From assembly GCA_964016885.1 (NCBI GenBank), contig OZ024746.1, forward strand, positions 86,552,001 to 86,616,000: a stretch of 64,000 nt of DNA, in the 5' to 3' direction. The stretch comes from Eledone cirrhosa. Lineage: Eukaryota. Both the position numbers and the translations under genes were made by a program. Shown piece by piece: positions 13,821-30,150 of the stretch (the first letter of the stretch is position 1; the number at the start of each line of letters is the position of its first letter). The notes under the pieces were generated by a model. The model made no database searches and was not told where the DNA came from. It saw only the letters and a program-made list of their open reading frames with translations.

Positions 13821-14458
13821 TGTTATGATTATGTGAGTGTTTGTGTGTATGCATATGTGTTTGTGTAAATTATATTTATATATACTATTTGTGTGTGTGT
13901 ATATATATGTGCTTGTGTAAATTATATTTATATATATTTGAGTGAGTGTATATAAGTTTCCATGTGTTTATTTAGAAAGATACACAGACAATAGAATTAC
14001 AAGCACACACGAATCTACACATACATATATATAAATCGACACACTTAGAAAAAATAATTATTACATACACACACATCTATGTGATGACTGGGGAAGGAGT
14101 GGGGGAGAATCTATAAAAGGTCCAGCATTCTAAGATTCGTCACACTTGTATGAAGGAACCAATCAAACAACCAGCCAACCAACAAACAAACATCTCTTTT
14201 TTTATATTATGTATAGATATTACAATTAACCGCCATTTTCGACGACTCAGGGCCAACTTACCTTATTTAATACATTGAACTTAAATCTCATAAGCATGTC
14301 ATAAACGTCACTTAGAAAGGCAAAGGGATTTAAGAAACATTTTCAATCTTAGGAGTTATTTCCCTTTCAACCAAACTGTTACGCGTGTGTGTATGTGTAT
14401 TAATCGGGGCGATCTTTTATCGTAAAATATCTAGATGTGCACACACACATATGTATGC

Positions 14459-14518
<60 letters not shown>

Positions 14519-14620
14519 TAAATATTTATATTATATTTTTTAATTTTGATTAATTTTAATTGTAAATTAATTTTGATTTATTTTGAAAAATTGGTTGAAT
14601 TTTGCTTGTTCTGCTTATCT

Positions 14621-14694
<74 letters not shown>

Positions 14695-14764
14695 GGTGTT
14701 GGATGGTTAAAGCGTCCGTATGCGGTAGGCCGTATGATCACACGATGCTCGCATAGAGCAGAGT

Positions 14765-15794
<1,030 letters not shown>

Positions 15795-17659
15795 ATACAT
15801 TATAAAGAAAGAAGAAACATGGGGTTGGTAGTATGAATGTTTCTGTGGGGGTTCTTGTTTTGTTTAATTTCATTATAAAGGGGTTATCTGTGTGATGCAT
15901 TGCTTTGAAATCCTCTTCATATTTGAGGAACCAATTTTAAGATTTTTCCCATCGTTTTAGTGAGATTAGTTCTGCATTCACTCAGTCCTGTTTCTAGGAT
16001 TTAATTACATTTTGTAGAGTTGGTCCCTCAGTGTGTTTAGCACATTCTGTTTCCATTAGTTGATCGATATATTTTTATATATATACATCCTCACACTATA
16101 CACACACTCCCTAAAACCATATTCCAATAATAGAATTTCATTTCTTTTACAACCCTACTGCTGCCATAGAATTTGTCTCTAGCTTACAAGCCCCACCCTC
16201 GCCACCCCCATTTGCACTCTTGACCAGTCAATTAACACAACCAAGATATACACACACATATTTACAGATTATTTCCTTCGACCCCCTCCAACAATTTTCT
16301 TCTGTGAAGAAACACACCTACCACCACTGCTGCTGCTACTTTATGACTACACCTCTCTATACACAAGAGTTCATCCTCTAGTCTCCTTCTCAGCAAGGAA
16401 GATAAAAAAAAACTTACCTCTTAATTTTAAATCTTTAATTTTTAGTTTTTAATTCTTATTAATTCTTTTTAATTGTAATACTCAACATTTGATAAGATGA
16501 ATTTTAATAATACATCAAAACCGGTTATACTTTATATATTTTATATACATTATAAAACTCTTTTTTAAAAGAATTGTCCCTTTCATTTTTTCAATAATGT
16601 TACTTTGACGAATCAAAAAAAGGAAAAAAAAAGGAAAACAGACCCTAAAATATATTTTCCGTGCTATTTCCAACTTCCCCTTCTCTCTCTCGCTCTCTCC
16701 CCCTCCCCCTCTCTCTCTTCCAAAGAGTGAGAAACACTTGTATTCATTGTGTTACCAGTCCCAACATAAGGTCAACTAATTATTTAACCAGGATAGTTTG
16801 TGTGTGTGTGTTTGTGTGTGCGTACATGTGAGCGTGCGTGTCTATGAGTGAGAAAGAGAAAGATACAAAGAATGAGTTTGTGTGTGATTTACGAAAGACA
16901 GATCTTTCAAGGGAGATAAACAGCATTTTATGTAAGGGAGATAAGCAACAGTTATTTTCCAAGGGAACAAACTTATGTAAACCTTTGTTTTTATCGCAAT
17001 ATGTTATTTATAAAGCGTTACTTAATTTCAAGTAAGCTAACGAAACGAAATTAATGCCAAAGAGACTTAAATATACATTCATCATTAAATTACATATATT
17101 TTGTAATACAATTTGGGAAAGGAAAATGGAAGTAAGCTATATATTTGAAACAAATAAATGATGTGGAATGGAAGAAAACCATAAACTACATCGCATTGAT
17201 TTATATCATACAGTTTATTTGTGTCACGCTGAATCTCCCTGAAAACTTCATTAAAGACACACGTGTATGTGGAATGTTCAGCTACTTGCACGTTAATTTC
17301 AAGTGCAGACTGTTCGATCAACTGCATCATAAGTCGTCAGAAGCCCAACAACAAGCTTTCTATTTCCATATTCATACAAAAAATTAACGAAAATTCGTAG
17401 GACTAGGTGGCTACTAAGTACTACCCCACCCCCGAGACTGACAAGCGCACACGCATATATACAAAGACACACAGAAACACACACACGCAAACACACACAC
17501 ATGCTAACTCACACACGTACACCCACCCACCACGCACATACACTAACTAAAGGCCTATAAAGCCGGTGTTTTGTCCTCATCTCATGGTGTTACACAAAGA
17601 AGCTATACAACTATACAATCAACTAGTTATGAATCAATTAATTACCCCTGCTGTAATAT

Positions 17660-17830
17660 ACAGTCTGTTCGCTTTTTAAGCGAACTTGAAGTATGCGAAT
17701 TCGCTTTAACGCCTCTTGAAAAAATATAAAATATTTACTTTGTGTGAATGACGAACTATAACGCGTGTGGTTTTTAATTTTTTTTATTTATCAGAAAATC
17801 AGACTTGAATTACGCGAATTTGCGTTACGC
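17660..17830. mobile_element. Tc1/pogo (Tigger-like) MITE remnant
   Basis: TA-CAGT start with repeated ACTTGAA.TA.GCGAATT.GC.TTA.GC subterminal motifs. Confidence 0.4.
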
Positions 17831-17834
17831 GGCC

Positions 17835-18490
17835 GCGCGGGCGGAATAGAGAAGGCGTTTCCTCGGAGGCTGGTGAGGGAGTCGCGCTGGAATAGCCATT
17901 CTAACTCGCGAGGCTCACATCTACGTGTAGCCATCTCTGTACCGATGGTGGTTAGTAGGGAGGTGGCCCTAGAGCCAAGGTCACTAGAAGTCCCCACTGC
18001 CACGGGATCGACTGCAAACCTGTCGGAGAGCGACCGATTCATTAGAAATGTTATGAAAATTCTTGTTAAACATTAACAAGAATTTTGTCAATGTTTAACA
18101 AGAATTTTGAATTAGAAAAATATATTTTTTAAAACTAAAGTATAGTTATATAAACATATATATATATATATCAGGTCCGAATACAAAAGAACCAAACTGC
18201 CACTGTCCCTGCCTCCTTCTCTCCCGCTATCCCCATCCCTCACTATTGTGAACAAATGGGGGCCCACGTGCTGGCCGCCGCGAGGTCGCGGCGAGCAGAA
18301 TAGAGAAGGCGTTTCCCCGGAGGATGGTGAGAGAGAGAGATGTGCTGGAAGAGCCATTCCAGCTCGCGAGTCTTTCACCTGCGGGCAGCCAGCACTGTGC
18401 TGATGGTGGTGAGCATGGAGCTGGTCCTAAGGCTATGGTGTCCAAAGTCTCCACTGCCACGGGCTCGACTGTCGGAGAGCGACCGATATA
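17835..18490 (-). pseudogene. Two tandem 3' fragments of a CRE-clade non-LTR retrotransposon (RLE C-terminus)
   Basis: PVAVGTSSDLG..ELEWLFQRDSLTSLRGNAFSI and MAVETLDTI..LSLTILRGNAFSIL; homologous to 37500-37740. Confidence 0.8.
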
Positions 18491-19819
18491 GGTTGTATAG
18501 GAGTTATTCTGTGACGGTGTCTTGGATACTGAAATGCTACGGTTGCGTGGGCAGTAGTAATAGACATAGATATGGCGGGGTGATTAAAAAGCTCGTTTTG
18601 CGACCACGGGCTTATGGTTTCGGTCCTACTTCGTTCTACCTTGGGCAAATGTATTTTAGTATAGAAGACATTTGCCCAAGGTAGAACGCAGTGGGACCGA
18701 AATAGCTGAGTAATATAGTTGAATAAAATTTAAAAACAAATTTAAAACCTTGTGAATAAAATTTAAAAACAAAACTCTTTTGAAGCCTGTAATAGTATAT
18801 ACAGCGGCGTGCAGAGCTTTGATGATGCCCGGGGCAAATCTTGATTGTATGCCCCAAAGACTCAAGTATAAGGCCTGATATACTGAGAGATATTATGAGA
18901 CAGGAAAACATTTAAAATATATAAATATAGATGAAACATGAAATAAACGCTTTATTCTATTTTAATATAAATCAATCAAATTTATTAAGCTCTTTTCCAC
19001 AAATGATACCTCCATCCAAAGAATGCCCGGGGCCAGGCCAACGCACCGTCACCCCGCCCCTCGCTCTTCACGCTACTGAGTATATATACATACTTAAACG
19101 TATGTATGTGTGTGTGAGTGTGTGCGTGTGTACGTGTGTGTATACCCGACGCGTTCGTTTCTGTTTACTTTTACATCTCATAAAAATCAGTATCGTTTAT
19201 GGAATCTAATTTAGCAGTTCGACAAATAGAAACCAATGAAATATGTACTGGTGTTGATATTATTGACTAAACCCTTGCTGGTGGTGCCTCAGCATGTAAA
19301 AGAAAGTTTTCGTTTTAAACAATATGGACACCCAACTGATTTGCATCGTGTTTCAGAAACTAATGCTTTTTATGCATATTGTTATCCATGTTGTGTCCAC
19401 ACCATTTCAAACCTCGCTCTAATCACTTCCTTTAGTTTATGCATTTCTAAAATATCAGCTCTCCGGAATTTGTATCTTGTTCATGATTCGGTCTTCAGCT
19501 GCCAATCTGTAATTTTTTTAATGAATTTTTATATGAATTTTATTCACAGTTGTATACCCCCCCCCTTTACATTCATTACTGACTTTCATTACTTCAACAA
19601 GCAAATATGAGAAAGAAAGATAAAAGAATAATGAAGTAATGGAAAAATGTGGAAGGGCAGATCTGGCTATATGGGAAAGTAGAGGAAAGGACTATGAAAG
19701 TCATAAATGAGAGGAAAAGGAGGGGAAAAGCAAGGACTCTTGGGGTCACAGAAGAAATGGAGGGGGAAGGGAGGAGGGTGGTGGACTCTGTGTCTTGGGT
19801 GCGGATGTGTTGGGGCTAC

Positions 19820-20125
19820 AACCCATGGACAAGACCACAAATGCAATTCCACGGACAATGACCTGCGACACCTGCTGCAACAGTCACCGTACCTCACGGG
19901 GTTTCTGCCTCAGACGGGCTGCTGACGTTCAGATCTTGCGGAGGAGTTCGGCAGTACGGGGTCCAAGTCCGCCCGAGGTAGCGTCGGCGACCGGTGCGGA
20001 GAGGAAGCGGCCGGACAATCCTCGGTTTTTGTTTGTCTTCTTTTCCTCTGCATTGCGGGCCGCTTTAGAGGGGTTTGCGGCCGAAGCGACTAGGTTGGAA
20101 GCGGAAATTTTTCTAGAGCAGGGGT
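19820..20125 (-). pseudogene. CRE-clade RLE fragment (divergent subfamily)
   Basis: AARNAEEKKTNK..PVADATSGGLGPRTAELLRKI..LLQQVSQVIVRGIA. Confidence 0.7.
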
Positions 20126-20235
20126 GTGCAACATATTGCATTGGCGGGTCACTTTTGAACATTGGAATAACTATTAGAGCCATTAATATTTATTAAGCAC
20201 TATTACAAAAACTTCTTTCCATAACATGGAACTGG

Positions 20236-20728
20236 GAAATTATAACACATATAAACCTATCAGAAATTATAACACATATAAACCTATCAGAAATTATAAC
20301 ACATATAAACCTATCAGAAATTATAACACATAAACCTATCAGAAATTATAACACATATAAACCTATCAGAAATTATAACACATAAACCTATCAGAAATTA
20401 TAACACATATAAACCTATCAGAAATTATAACACATATAAACCTATCAGAAATTATAACACATATAAACCTATCAGAAATTATAACACATATAAACCTATC
20501 AGAAATTATAACACATATAAACCTATCAGAAATTATAACACATAAACCTATCAGAAATTATAACACATATAAACCTATCAGAAATTATAACACATATAAA
20601 CCTATCAGAAATTATAACACATATAAACCTATCAGAAATTATAACATATAAACCTATCAGAAATTATAACACATATAAACCTATCAGAAATTATAACACA
20701 TAAACCTATCAGAAATTATAACACATAT
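20236..20728 (+). repeat. 27-bp minisatellite, ~18 copies
   Basis: Unit GAAATTATAACACATATAAACCTATCA; some units lack 2 bp. Confidence 0.95.
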
Positions 20729-20972
20729 ACCCTTTAGTATAGTTCAACTAACAGAAAATTGGATTACGGTTACGAAAAAAATGTTAAATAAGCCTACAAG
20801 ATAAAAATTAAAAACGGTAATCGCGGGCCACTGTGACTGGTCTGGTGGGCCGGATTGTGGCCCCCGGGCCGCCTGTTGCATGGCCCTGTTCTAGAGTAAG
20901 ATTGAATGCGTTTTACTCACCGATCTCGAGTGGATTACGAAGGTCACCGCCATTTTCTTTAGGCACAAAAAT

Positions 20973-21171
<199 letters not shown>

Positions 21172-21584
21172 TACACATCTATATAGAGATAACTGTACAC
21201 TTATTAGTCTCATCTAGATTGTAGATATATAGATTTCTGAAATACGGTGATTGGCAAAATCTATTAAAACCAACTTTAAGTATATACATTCAATTTGCTG
21301 TCACTGATTATATCACTAGGCGAAAATACATTAGATACTCGTTAGTCTGATAAAAATCAACAATTTTCCTGATTCACTTCAAAAGTCTGTCTGGCTACTA
21401 TATCCCTAATATGACATTAGCCTGCCAGTCAATTTTTTTTCTTTATTCTCATGCTGGTTTCAGTCCACTGGGGCCGCAGGGCGGCCAGAGCGTGGGCCCC
21501 CATTTGTTTATAATAGTGAGAGATGGGGAAAGCGAGATAGATGGAGGCAGTGACGACACATACATACATACACATTCCAGATTC

Positions 21585-21685
<101 letters not shown>

Positions 21686-21743
21686 GTGTGTGTGTGTGTT
21701 GAATGTGGAATGTGTATGCATGTGTGTATAAATTTATATATAT

Positions 21744-21796
<53 letters not shown>

Positions 21797-21924
21797 TAAA
21801 TATATAAAAACACGTGTGGCTAAGTGGTTAGAGAATTGGATTCACAATCTTGAGGTTGTGAGTTCGATTCCTGGACCGGGCGATGCGTTATATATATATG
21901 TATATATATATATATATATATATG

Positions 21925-22115
21925 AAGGCGCGGGGCTTAGTGGTTAGAGCATTGGGCTTGCAATCGGAACGATGTGAGTTCGATTGTCGGACCGGGTAAT
22001 GCGTTGTGTCCCTGAGCAAGACGCTTTAGTTGACGTTGCTCCAGTTCACTCAGCTGTGGAAACGAGTTATGACGTCACTGGCGCCAAGCTGGATCGACCA
22101 TTGCCTTTCCCTTGT
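21925..22115 (+). mobile_element. tRNA-derived CORE-type SINE
   Basis: A box (GGCTTAGTGGTTAGAGC), B box (GTTCGATT) and core TGTCC.TGAGCAAGAC..TT..GTTGCTCCAG..CACTCAGCTG; copies at 21810-21890, 23520-23630(-), 24085-24230, 44135-44410 and 45630-45910. Confidence 0.8.
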
Positions 22116-22571
22116 GCTGTGTCGTTTGTTTTGTTATTGTTGTTATTACTTTTACACACACACACACACATATATATATATACGTACATACATATTTTGA
22201 TCCTCAAAAGAACAAAAACCCAACTGTACTGAAGCTCAGCAGACAGACACATTGAAGGCTTCCTTCTATTCAATTTATTGACGCCATTATTTAGTCTGGC
22301 ACATATTTTATTGATTACCATTCACCAAACGGCTAACTGTGCTTTGTTACACAACGGTCACATACAGACACATGCACACACACACACATATATATGTAGC
22401 CAGACACAGACTCACATACACACGCACGCACGCACAGAGATGTCCATACACATATACACACATACATACATGCACACACACACCCTTACACACACACGCA
22501 CACAGACTTACATACACACGCACACACACATGCATGCACATATACATACACACACATATACATACACACAT

Positions 22572-22605
<34 letters not shown>

Positions 22606-22819
22606 GTATACATAGAATAAGCTTGAGCACAGTCAATTCGAGACTTCGAAAGAAGTTATTTGCCTAAAACCTTGCAAGGTTGGTGTGGAACTCGAAACAA
22701 TATGATAGTTAAACCGACTTCTTAGCCACATTGTCATTCATGAATCTAGCCAGGAATTTGTAATTAAATCTTCAAATGTCGATAGAAAGCGTTAGGAATA
22801 ACAAGCACACTAAGTTACA

Positions 22820-23130
22820 TTCATGGTCATGAATCTTGGGTAATGACCGGAAGAATACGATCGCGAATACAAGCAGCGGAAATGGGGTCCCTTCGAAGGG
22901 TCTTTGGAGTAACATTACTCAATAGAATGCGTAACTCTGAGATAAGAGAGCGACTCCTGGTAGAGCCGCTATTTCTCCTATTTGAGAGATCACAGCTCCG
23001 ATACTATGGCCATGTGGGTAATTTGTCTCAGGAAAGAATCGCTGAATAGATTTTACCGGCAAAACCAACCGACAGAAGACCCAGGGCTAGATTCCGAGCA
23101 AGATGGTTAGATAACGTCCATGAGCTGTAA
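22820..23130 (+). pseudogene. RTE (Expander/Rex3-like) LINE 3' fragment
   Basis: GHESWVMTGRIRSRIQAAEMGSLRRVFG..RNSEIRERL.VEPL..ERSQLRYYGHV. Confidence 0.8.
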
Positions 23131-23642
23131 CTTTTAATTATATCTCCATGCCATATAACAACACACAATGATCGTACAACTGTCAGGAAGCGTTAAATAT
23201 TTCTAAATAGATGTTCGCTACATAAGGTATGTCAGCACTAACTTAACTACTTGGTTTTCGTGACGATAACGTTACTGAGTAATTAACCTGCACAGTATTG
23301 TATATCAAGTGATTCGATAGTTACTACTTTGGCAAGTATTGTGATGTGTAAGCTTTGTCAAGGGAAAAGCTTACACCAAGACTGAAACATGTTCGGAATT
23401 GTCTCCCTTATGATCGATTGAATCCATCGACAAAATCCGCCCCTATTCGCTTACCAAGTGGGAGTAGAACTTGGCCTTTCTATTGCCGATAGTGGTCGCC
23501 ACTCTTGGCAGAAATAGCAACATGAAATAAAGTGTCTTGCTCAAGGACATAACGCGTCATCCGATCAGGGAATCGAACTCACAACCTCACGATTGTGAAG
23601 CAAATGTTCTAACAACTAAGACACGCGTATGATACAAATATA

Positions 23643-23871
23643 TTAACCCTTTAGCATTTAAACCGGCCATATCCGGCCAGAATTCTCTTACCTCTTTCTG
23701 TTCAAACTGGCTGTAACCGACTACTCATACTGATGTTAAGGTATTATTCTCAAAATAAATAATATCAAAATCTCTTAGCTTCAATATTATGTGAGATAAT
23801 TATGTGAAGTAAAGCCTTTACCGTGAAAATATAATTGTATATATAGAGTAACGTGAATGCTAAAGGGTTAA
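23643..23871. mobile_element. piggyBac-type MITE
   Basis: TTAA target site plus CCCTTTAGCATT terminal inverted repeats; copies at 28629-28857 and 48181-48398. Confidence 0.8.
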
Positions 23872-25649
23872 ATCTCTCGTATGATATATGATAAACATAT
23901 TTTAAATCCTTGTTTTTTCCCGTACATATGCATTTTGACTTAGCTTTTCAATGCTCCACGCATTAAATATATCCACGGTAACTAGTCTGTTAAGTCGATT
24001 GACTTTCGTCAAATCGGACCGAGGAAACAATGTTTCCGTTGGTCTTTCCAAGTGCTAATACTATCTATCTGTCGCAACTCTAGGATAAAGAAGCAATGTG
24101 AAATAAAGTGTCTTGCTCAAGGACATAACGCATCGCTCGGTCCAGGAATCGAACTCATAACTTCATGATTGCGAATCCACACGCCTTCACGTTGCTCCAG
24201 TTTACTCAGCTGTAGAAATGAGTTGCGATCCTGCCAAATCAATGGGTGGCAGTAGTTCCAGCTGCACGCATCGAAAGACTGGTGTAGTGGTTCTGAGAAC
24301 AATACGGCTTTGCAGATTATCAATGCAAATTAGCAATGGAAAGGCGCTCCCGCTCAAGTTAGAAGAGAACTATTGACCTCCAGGAGAAGCAGAGATCCCT
24401 GATTGTATTCAGCAACCGACAAATATGATGTACACCAAATCCAATGCTCCTAGGGGCGGCCCTGGTTCTTCTTATTTGCGAGTGTAAACTCGGCCAGATT
24501 CGAGATTCGATAGTCTATTAACTTTTGGGCTGATGACCGCTCAGAATGATTAAATTTCTTAACAGTATTATTTGTATATGTCAACAAATGGCCCGTGGAG
24601 TATACTTTCTTAATGGCTCTTTCATAGCTATTTCATTAAAACGATGCTGAGTATATTTCGCCGAAGAGGACAGAATAATTCTCATGTATATATCAGAAAA
24701 ATAAAAAATAACATTGTTTTGATTGGTCGATTTGTTTTACTTTCACGAGGGAGAAAACCTATTTTGAATTTGATTTTTCGAAGCAAAAATAATAATTGAA
24801 ATAGTAGAATCGTGTTTAATGTATTCCATAATGAATACTTTGTAAAGTAGATAATAAAACTCCTAGAGTTTCAATCACATATACAAATAACATCTTAATA
24901 GTTTTTTGAAGCTGATGCTGAAATCAAATTTATTTACAAAAATCAAGATAGAAAGCAGTTTCTCAAACTCACGAATTCAAATGTTTACAGAACATTTTTC
25001 ATCTTTCAAGATTTTTTCTTTCTCTGTTTTAGTTGGTGTTATATTTCAGTGCGTGTAAATCCATTTAGGCGAACGAAACATACACTTGAATATAATATTA
25101 TACACTGAAAAAGTCACTCTTTCTTTGGTTCGTCACACTTTATTGTATTCTTATGTAGCTTCTAGACATCACCTTCACAACTATAACTAACTTACCGCCT
25201 CTGGATCCTTGCTTACAGGATGGGGAATACATTTCCCTGGAGAACGGGAAGGAGACGTGCTGGAACAGATACTCCACCCCGCAAGGTTCGCACCTGCTGG
25301 CAGCCAACTCCGCTCCGATAACAAACACATCTCTGCATAGAAATCATATTAGTACAAACTTTACTTGTTATAAATATTCCTTCTGATAACACAAACCATT
25401 CAAAGATTTGAACGTCATTTCAGTACTAAGAATCTCTCTGACGAGCTGGACAGCAGGATGTCTTCAGAGAAGAAACGTATCTCAAGCGACCGTTTCGGCC
25501 CTTATCTCAGGTTGACAAATAAATAACTCTATTTGTACTTAGCTGATGTCTTTCTTTTTCCTCTGTACGCCATTTGTTAATATCAAGTTTTGCGGATATG
25601 AATTACAATCATATATTTTCTTCTCTTTCTCTCTCACTCACTACTCCTG

Positions 25650-25716
<67 letters not shown>

Positions 25717-25933
25717 TATGAAGGGGGCCGTCCGGACTAGCAACTGCTAATTTTTGGCCGCCTTCTCGTCTTGGGCATTTCTCTCGGCTTTTCAGCGACT
25801 TGGATTGTGCCTATTATTATATTCCTTTGTTGGATAAATTGGTGTCACTGGATTCACACTGAACCCGGTCATTGAAATGTTCATAGTATAATAAATCTTT
25901 AAGGAATTACACCAGTCCAACCTCCTGTTATTT

Positions 25934-26210
<277 letters not shown>

Positions 26211-28217
26211 TATATATATATATATTTAGGTCAGTACTACAACCAGGAGCCTCGTTTGCCTTAAAAATGTGAAGGGGGACAAACCAACATTTGTTGATTC
26301 TTAAAGGAGTATAAATTGCTTATGGTGCCTTTCCCAGACCCTATCATATGAGTAAAATTTTACGCTAATTAAATTTTATATATTCAAATGAAGTTCAGAT
26401 ATAAAAAAAGTAAGTTTAAAAATAATTTATTATATCAAATAAACAAAAAATAAAACATAGACTTTTGAAAAAGTCCCCTGGTACCCCCCCCCCGAAACAA
26501 GGCCCTTGACTACAACGACACCATACTAAGTACGTACGTTTCGTTGATCACATGACGACCAACTTGTTCAACCTGTGCTGATGGAAAAGAACCGGAAAGT
26601 GTTTACTCATAGGACCGAAAAGAAAAAGACAGGAAGAGAAGGCGACGTAGAGCCGGTATTCTTTGCAGAACTCCCGAGATCTTTCAATAATATGACGAAG
26701 GTCACCAAGATCCTCCTCAGCTGTTCTATTCCAGCCATTAGAAGCAGACGTCGCCCACAAGCCAGATTCTTGCTAAATCGATCTGCCGCAGACAACATTT
26801 CTACCCATCATCTCATTATTAAATAAAATGATTGTGAAATAAAATTATTCTAAATGGTTGATGAACGAAATGAAGTTGGATAATAATGTACCGATTATGT
26901 ACGGAGTTTGCTAAAGTTATGCGCTAAGTAATAGAGACTTAAAACGAAAGTATACCTTTAGGCTTTCTTTCGTTTTAAGTCTTTATTACATATCATATAT
27001 CAACATTCTCATTCAATCGCCCTACATCATCGGGCAATAAAATGAAGGTAAACTTGTAATTATTAGTATAAAGTGATACAAAATGAAATCTGGCTTGATA
27101 ACAATGTTCTGATTATAAAGAGAGAATGCTGAAATTCTGTGATACGTAATGGCGACATAAACTTAAAGATCGCTCGATGGTGTGTTTCTCATTTTAGTCT
27201 CCATTTTGTAACTAATGTGTACATACACACACACATACACACACACCCACGCACACACACCCACCCACACACACACACACTCACGCACACACACACACAC
27301 ACTCACTCACACATATATATAGATATGTTCACACATTTATGTTGCCCACATTACAACAGATAACCTAAGTGGTTGCTCTTTCTGTTAGAAATAACAGCTA
27401 AATTTCCTTCTAATGTTAGCAGAGAAAAGGGCACATTTGATGATGTTGTGCTCGTACTAAACAACAAAATTATGCACGTGAATTTGCAGAGTTGTTAGGG
27501 TATCGGATAAAATTCTTTACGGTAGTTCAAATCTTGAAGAGGACTACTTTACATTTCATTCTTTCAGAGTCAATAAATATCAGTCCAGTACTAGGGTAGA
27601 TATATCCTCTCTGTCCTTTCCCTCTTTCACACCCTCTACATTCTCTCGAAGCAATCGTCAGGGGTGAAACCGAAAGAGGAAAGAGCATCACCAAGTTTAG
27701 AAACAACGGCGCCCCTAAGAATCTAACACGAGTTAAGATATTAATAATTAGTGAGAATATACGAAGTGATGTTCATCTGAAACAGTTTATATTTTCTAAT
27801 GAGCTACTCGTGTTAGTTGAAATGTAATCTATTAGTTTACAAAAGGTGAACGGTTGGCTGTGTTGTCGACTGCCACTGCAACTATTACCATATTAACTAG
27901 CTATCATCTGCACTTTTAGAATATTGCCTCAGGATAACGAACTAAACCATAAAAAAACTGTACTTCTTATTCTCTTTTAAAAAGCAAGCAAACACATTAG
28001 GCAAGTGAATCTTAATAGAAAATGTTTGCATATGTTGGTTTATATAGGTATCGAGGTGCGTAATGGAAAAATGGAAAATGCGAATTGATTTCCTGGTTAG
28101 AGGCAAACACCCCCCCCCCCCCCCACACACACACACATGTGGATACTTATCTATCTTCAATGCCGTATATATGGACACACACACACACACACATATATAT
28201 CGCCATATCTCTCTCGT

Positions 28218-28259
<42 letters not shown>

Positions 28260-28319
28260 GACCGAGAGAGATATGGTGAGAAAATGGAAGAAGAGAAAGG
28301 AAGGGTGAGAGAGAGAGGA

Positions 28320-28380
<61 letters not shown>

Positions 28381-29157
28381 GTGGCAGGGGTAAAAACATG
28401 AAGGCAAAGGAAATGAAGAATTTCTAAAGAATTACTACAGTGTTTGAAATATGTCAGTAGATTTGTATTATTCGTAACTTATAAATGATTATTAACATTA
28501 CGCTAGTGAGCGCTTTTTCATGATAGCTGAGTCATAAATATACAAACTTTGAAATCAATAACTATTGACTATATTCACCAATTCCAAGAATGTATCATGA
28601 CAAATATTTTCATAACCGCATTAATCGTTTAACCGTTTAGCATTTCCATTACTCTATATTTACTATAGTATTTTCACAGTAAATCCTTTATCTTACATAC
28701 TTATCTCCCATAATATCGAATCTTCGAGATTTTGATGTTATTCATTTTGAGAACAATACCTTAAAGTCAGTATGAATGGCTAGTTATGGGCGGTTTGATT
28801 AGAAAGAGGTGAAAGAATTCTGGGCGGATATGGCTGGTATAAATGCTAAAGGGTTAAAAGTCATTTTCCCTGCTAAAACAAAGGTTAGATTTGCGAGTTA
28901 GTGTCAAGCTTCATACTCAGCAATGCGGTCCATCCATCTCTCCACCTACCATTAACTCATCCAAATCCATCTATCTACCCATCCATCCATCGATCAGCCC
29001 TTAACACCAGATGGAGTTTTGGGGAACAGATGTGATTCTTGAGCATCTGCGAAACCCATCCATCGCTCCTTTGGTCAGAATAAACTATTTTTTCCGAGAA
29101 ATGCGCGTGCGCATATATATATATTCCGACCAAAAGATATATAGATATATTTGCGCA

Positions 29158-29239
<82 letters not shown>

Positions 29240-30150
29240 CCGACTTATCTTATCCCAGCCAGTCACTTCCAGCCCAGCTGCATATATCAATCCAATTCCT
29301 GAAGATTATGAACAGCAGAGTTGAATTTGCGCACCTTCAGCGGAGTCCTACTCCCACATTGAATGGTTTCGATTTAACACCATTTAGTCGAACGCAAATA
29401 CCTGGGCATTCATATGGAAATATCAGAGCAACGAGAACCTTTTCATCACCCAGCAGGACCCCTGGAATGCAGTCGTATGCCTTTTTGAGGTTTACGAAAC
29501 AAGCATACACCTTTTGGCAGTATTCCCACGATTTCTCAGCGAGCGACCAGTGTGAATATTTGGTCGGCTGCGCTGCGTTCGTGGCGAAGATTACACTGTA
29601 CATCAGCTAGCTTGGACTCGTCAATCTCTCTACATCTATTTGCCAGACACTTACCACAGACTTTACCGGGGAGGCTTAACGAGATCCCTTTACAATTAGA
29701 GCAATATCTTTTGACTTTCTTTTTGAAAATTGAGACTACCAAGGCCGATTATCATTGCTTAGGTGCCTTTCTAGAGATCCCGGCCACTCAGCCAGAGAAT
29801 ATATTCTCTATGTAAGGTTTTTAACATCTTGGGCCAAATTTCACCGTCCCCAACGGCCTTACCGCATTTGAGCTCTTTAATTGCTCTTGTGACCTCAGCC
29901 GCGAAGAGAATAGTCATCGCTCCCAGATGCACCTTGTGTACATCAGAAGATGCTGTTGTGACCAAGTTTAGGAGATCAGCAAAATATCTTCTCCACCTCG
30001 CGAGTATGCACCTTTCTAAGGAGAGGAGAATCACTGACGCGTTTCTGATGTGTGGAGGAGGACTTGTGTACTTGTGTAGGATGTGTGTACGACGTCGGTG
30101 GATGATCTGCCAGAACGCTTTATTTGCTGATCTGAAGTCGGCTTTCTTGC
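29240..30150 (-). pseudogene. RTE (Expander-like) LINE RT fragment
   Basis: LKCGKAVGDGEIWPKMLK; CSNCKGISLSLPGKV; EKSWEYCQKVYACFVNLKKAYD; SKPFNVGVGLR. Confidence 0.85.

Noticed and set aside
20236-20728. CRISPR-like regular repeats (also 37928, 50045, 53040 and the anchored array at 33145)
   Set aside because: Head-to-tail units without unique spacers, no cas genes, and a eukaryotic context.
21925-21995. tRNA genes (A/B boxes at several sites)
   Set aside because: They are SINE heads with no complete cloverleaf and are followed by CORE or Nin-type bodies.
25434-25485. CTGACGA...GAAACG hammerhead-like motif
   Set aside because: Stems I and III do not close, and the homologous copy at ~46900-47020(-) lacks the core.
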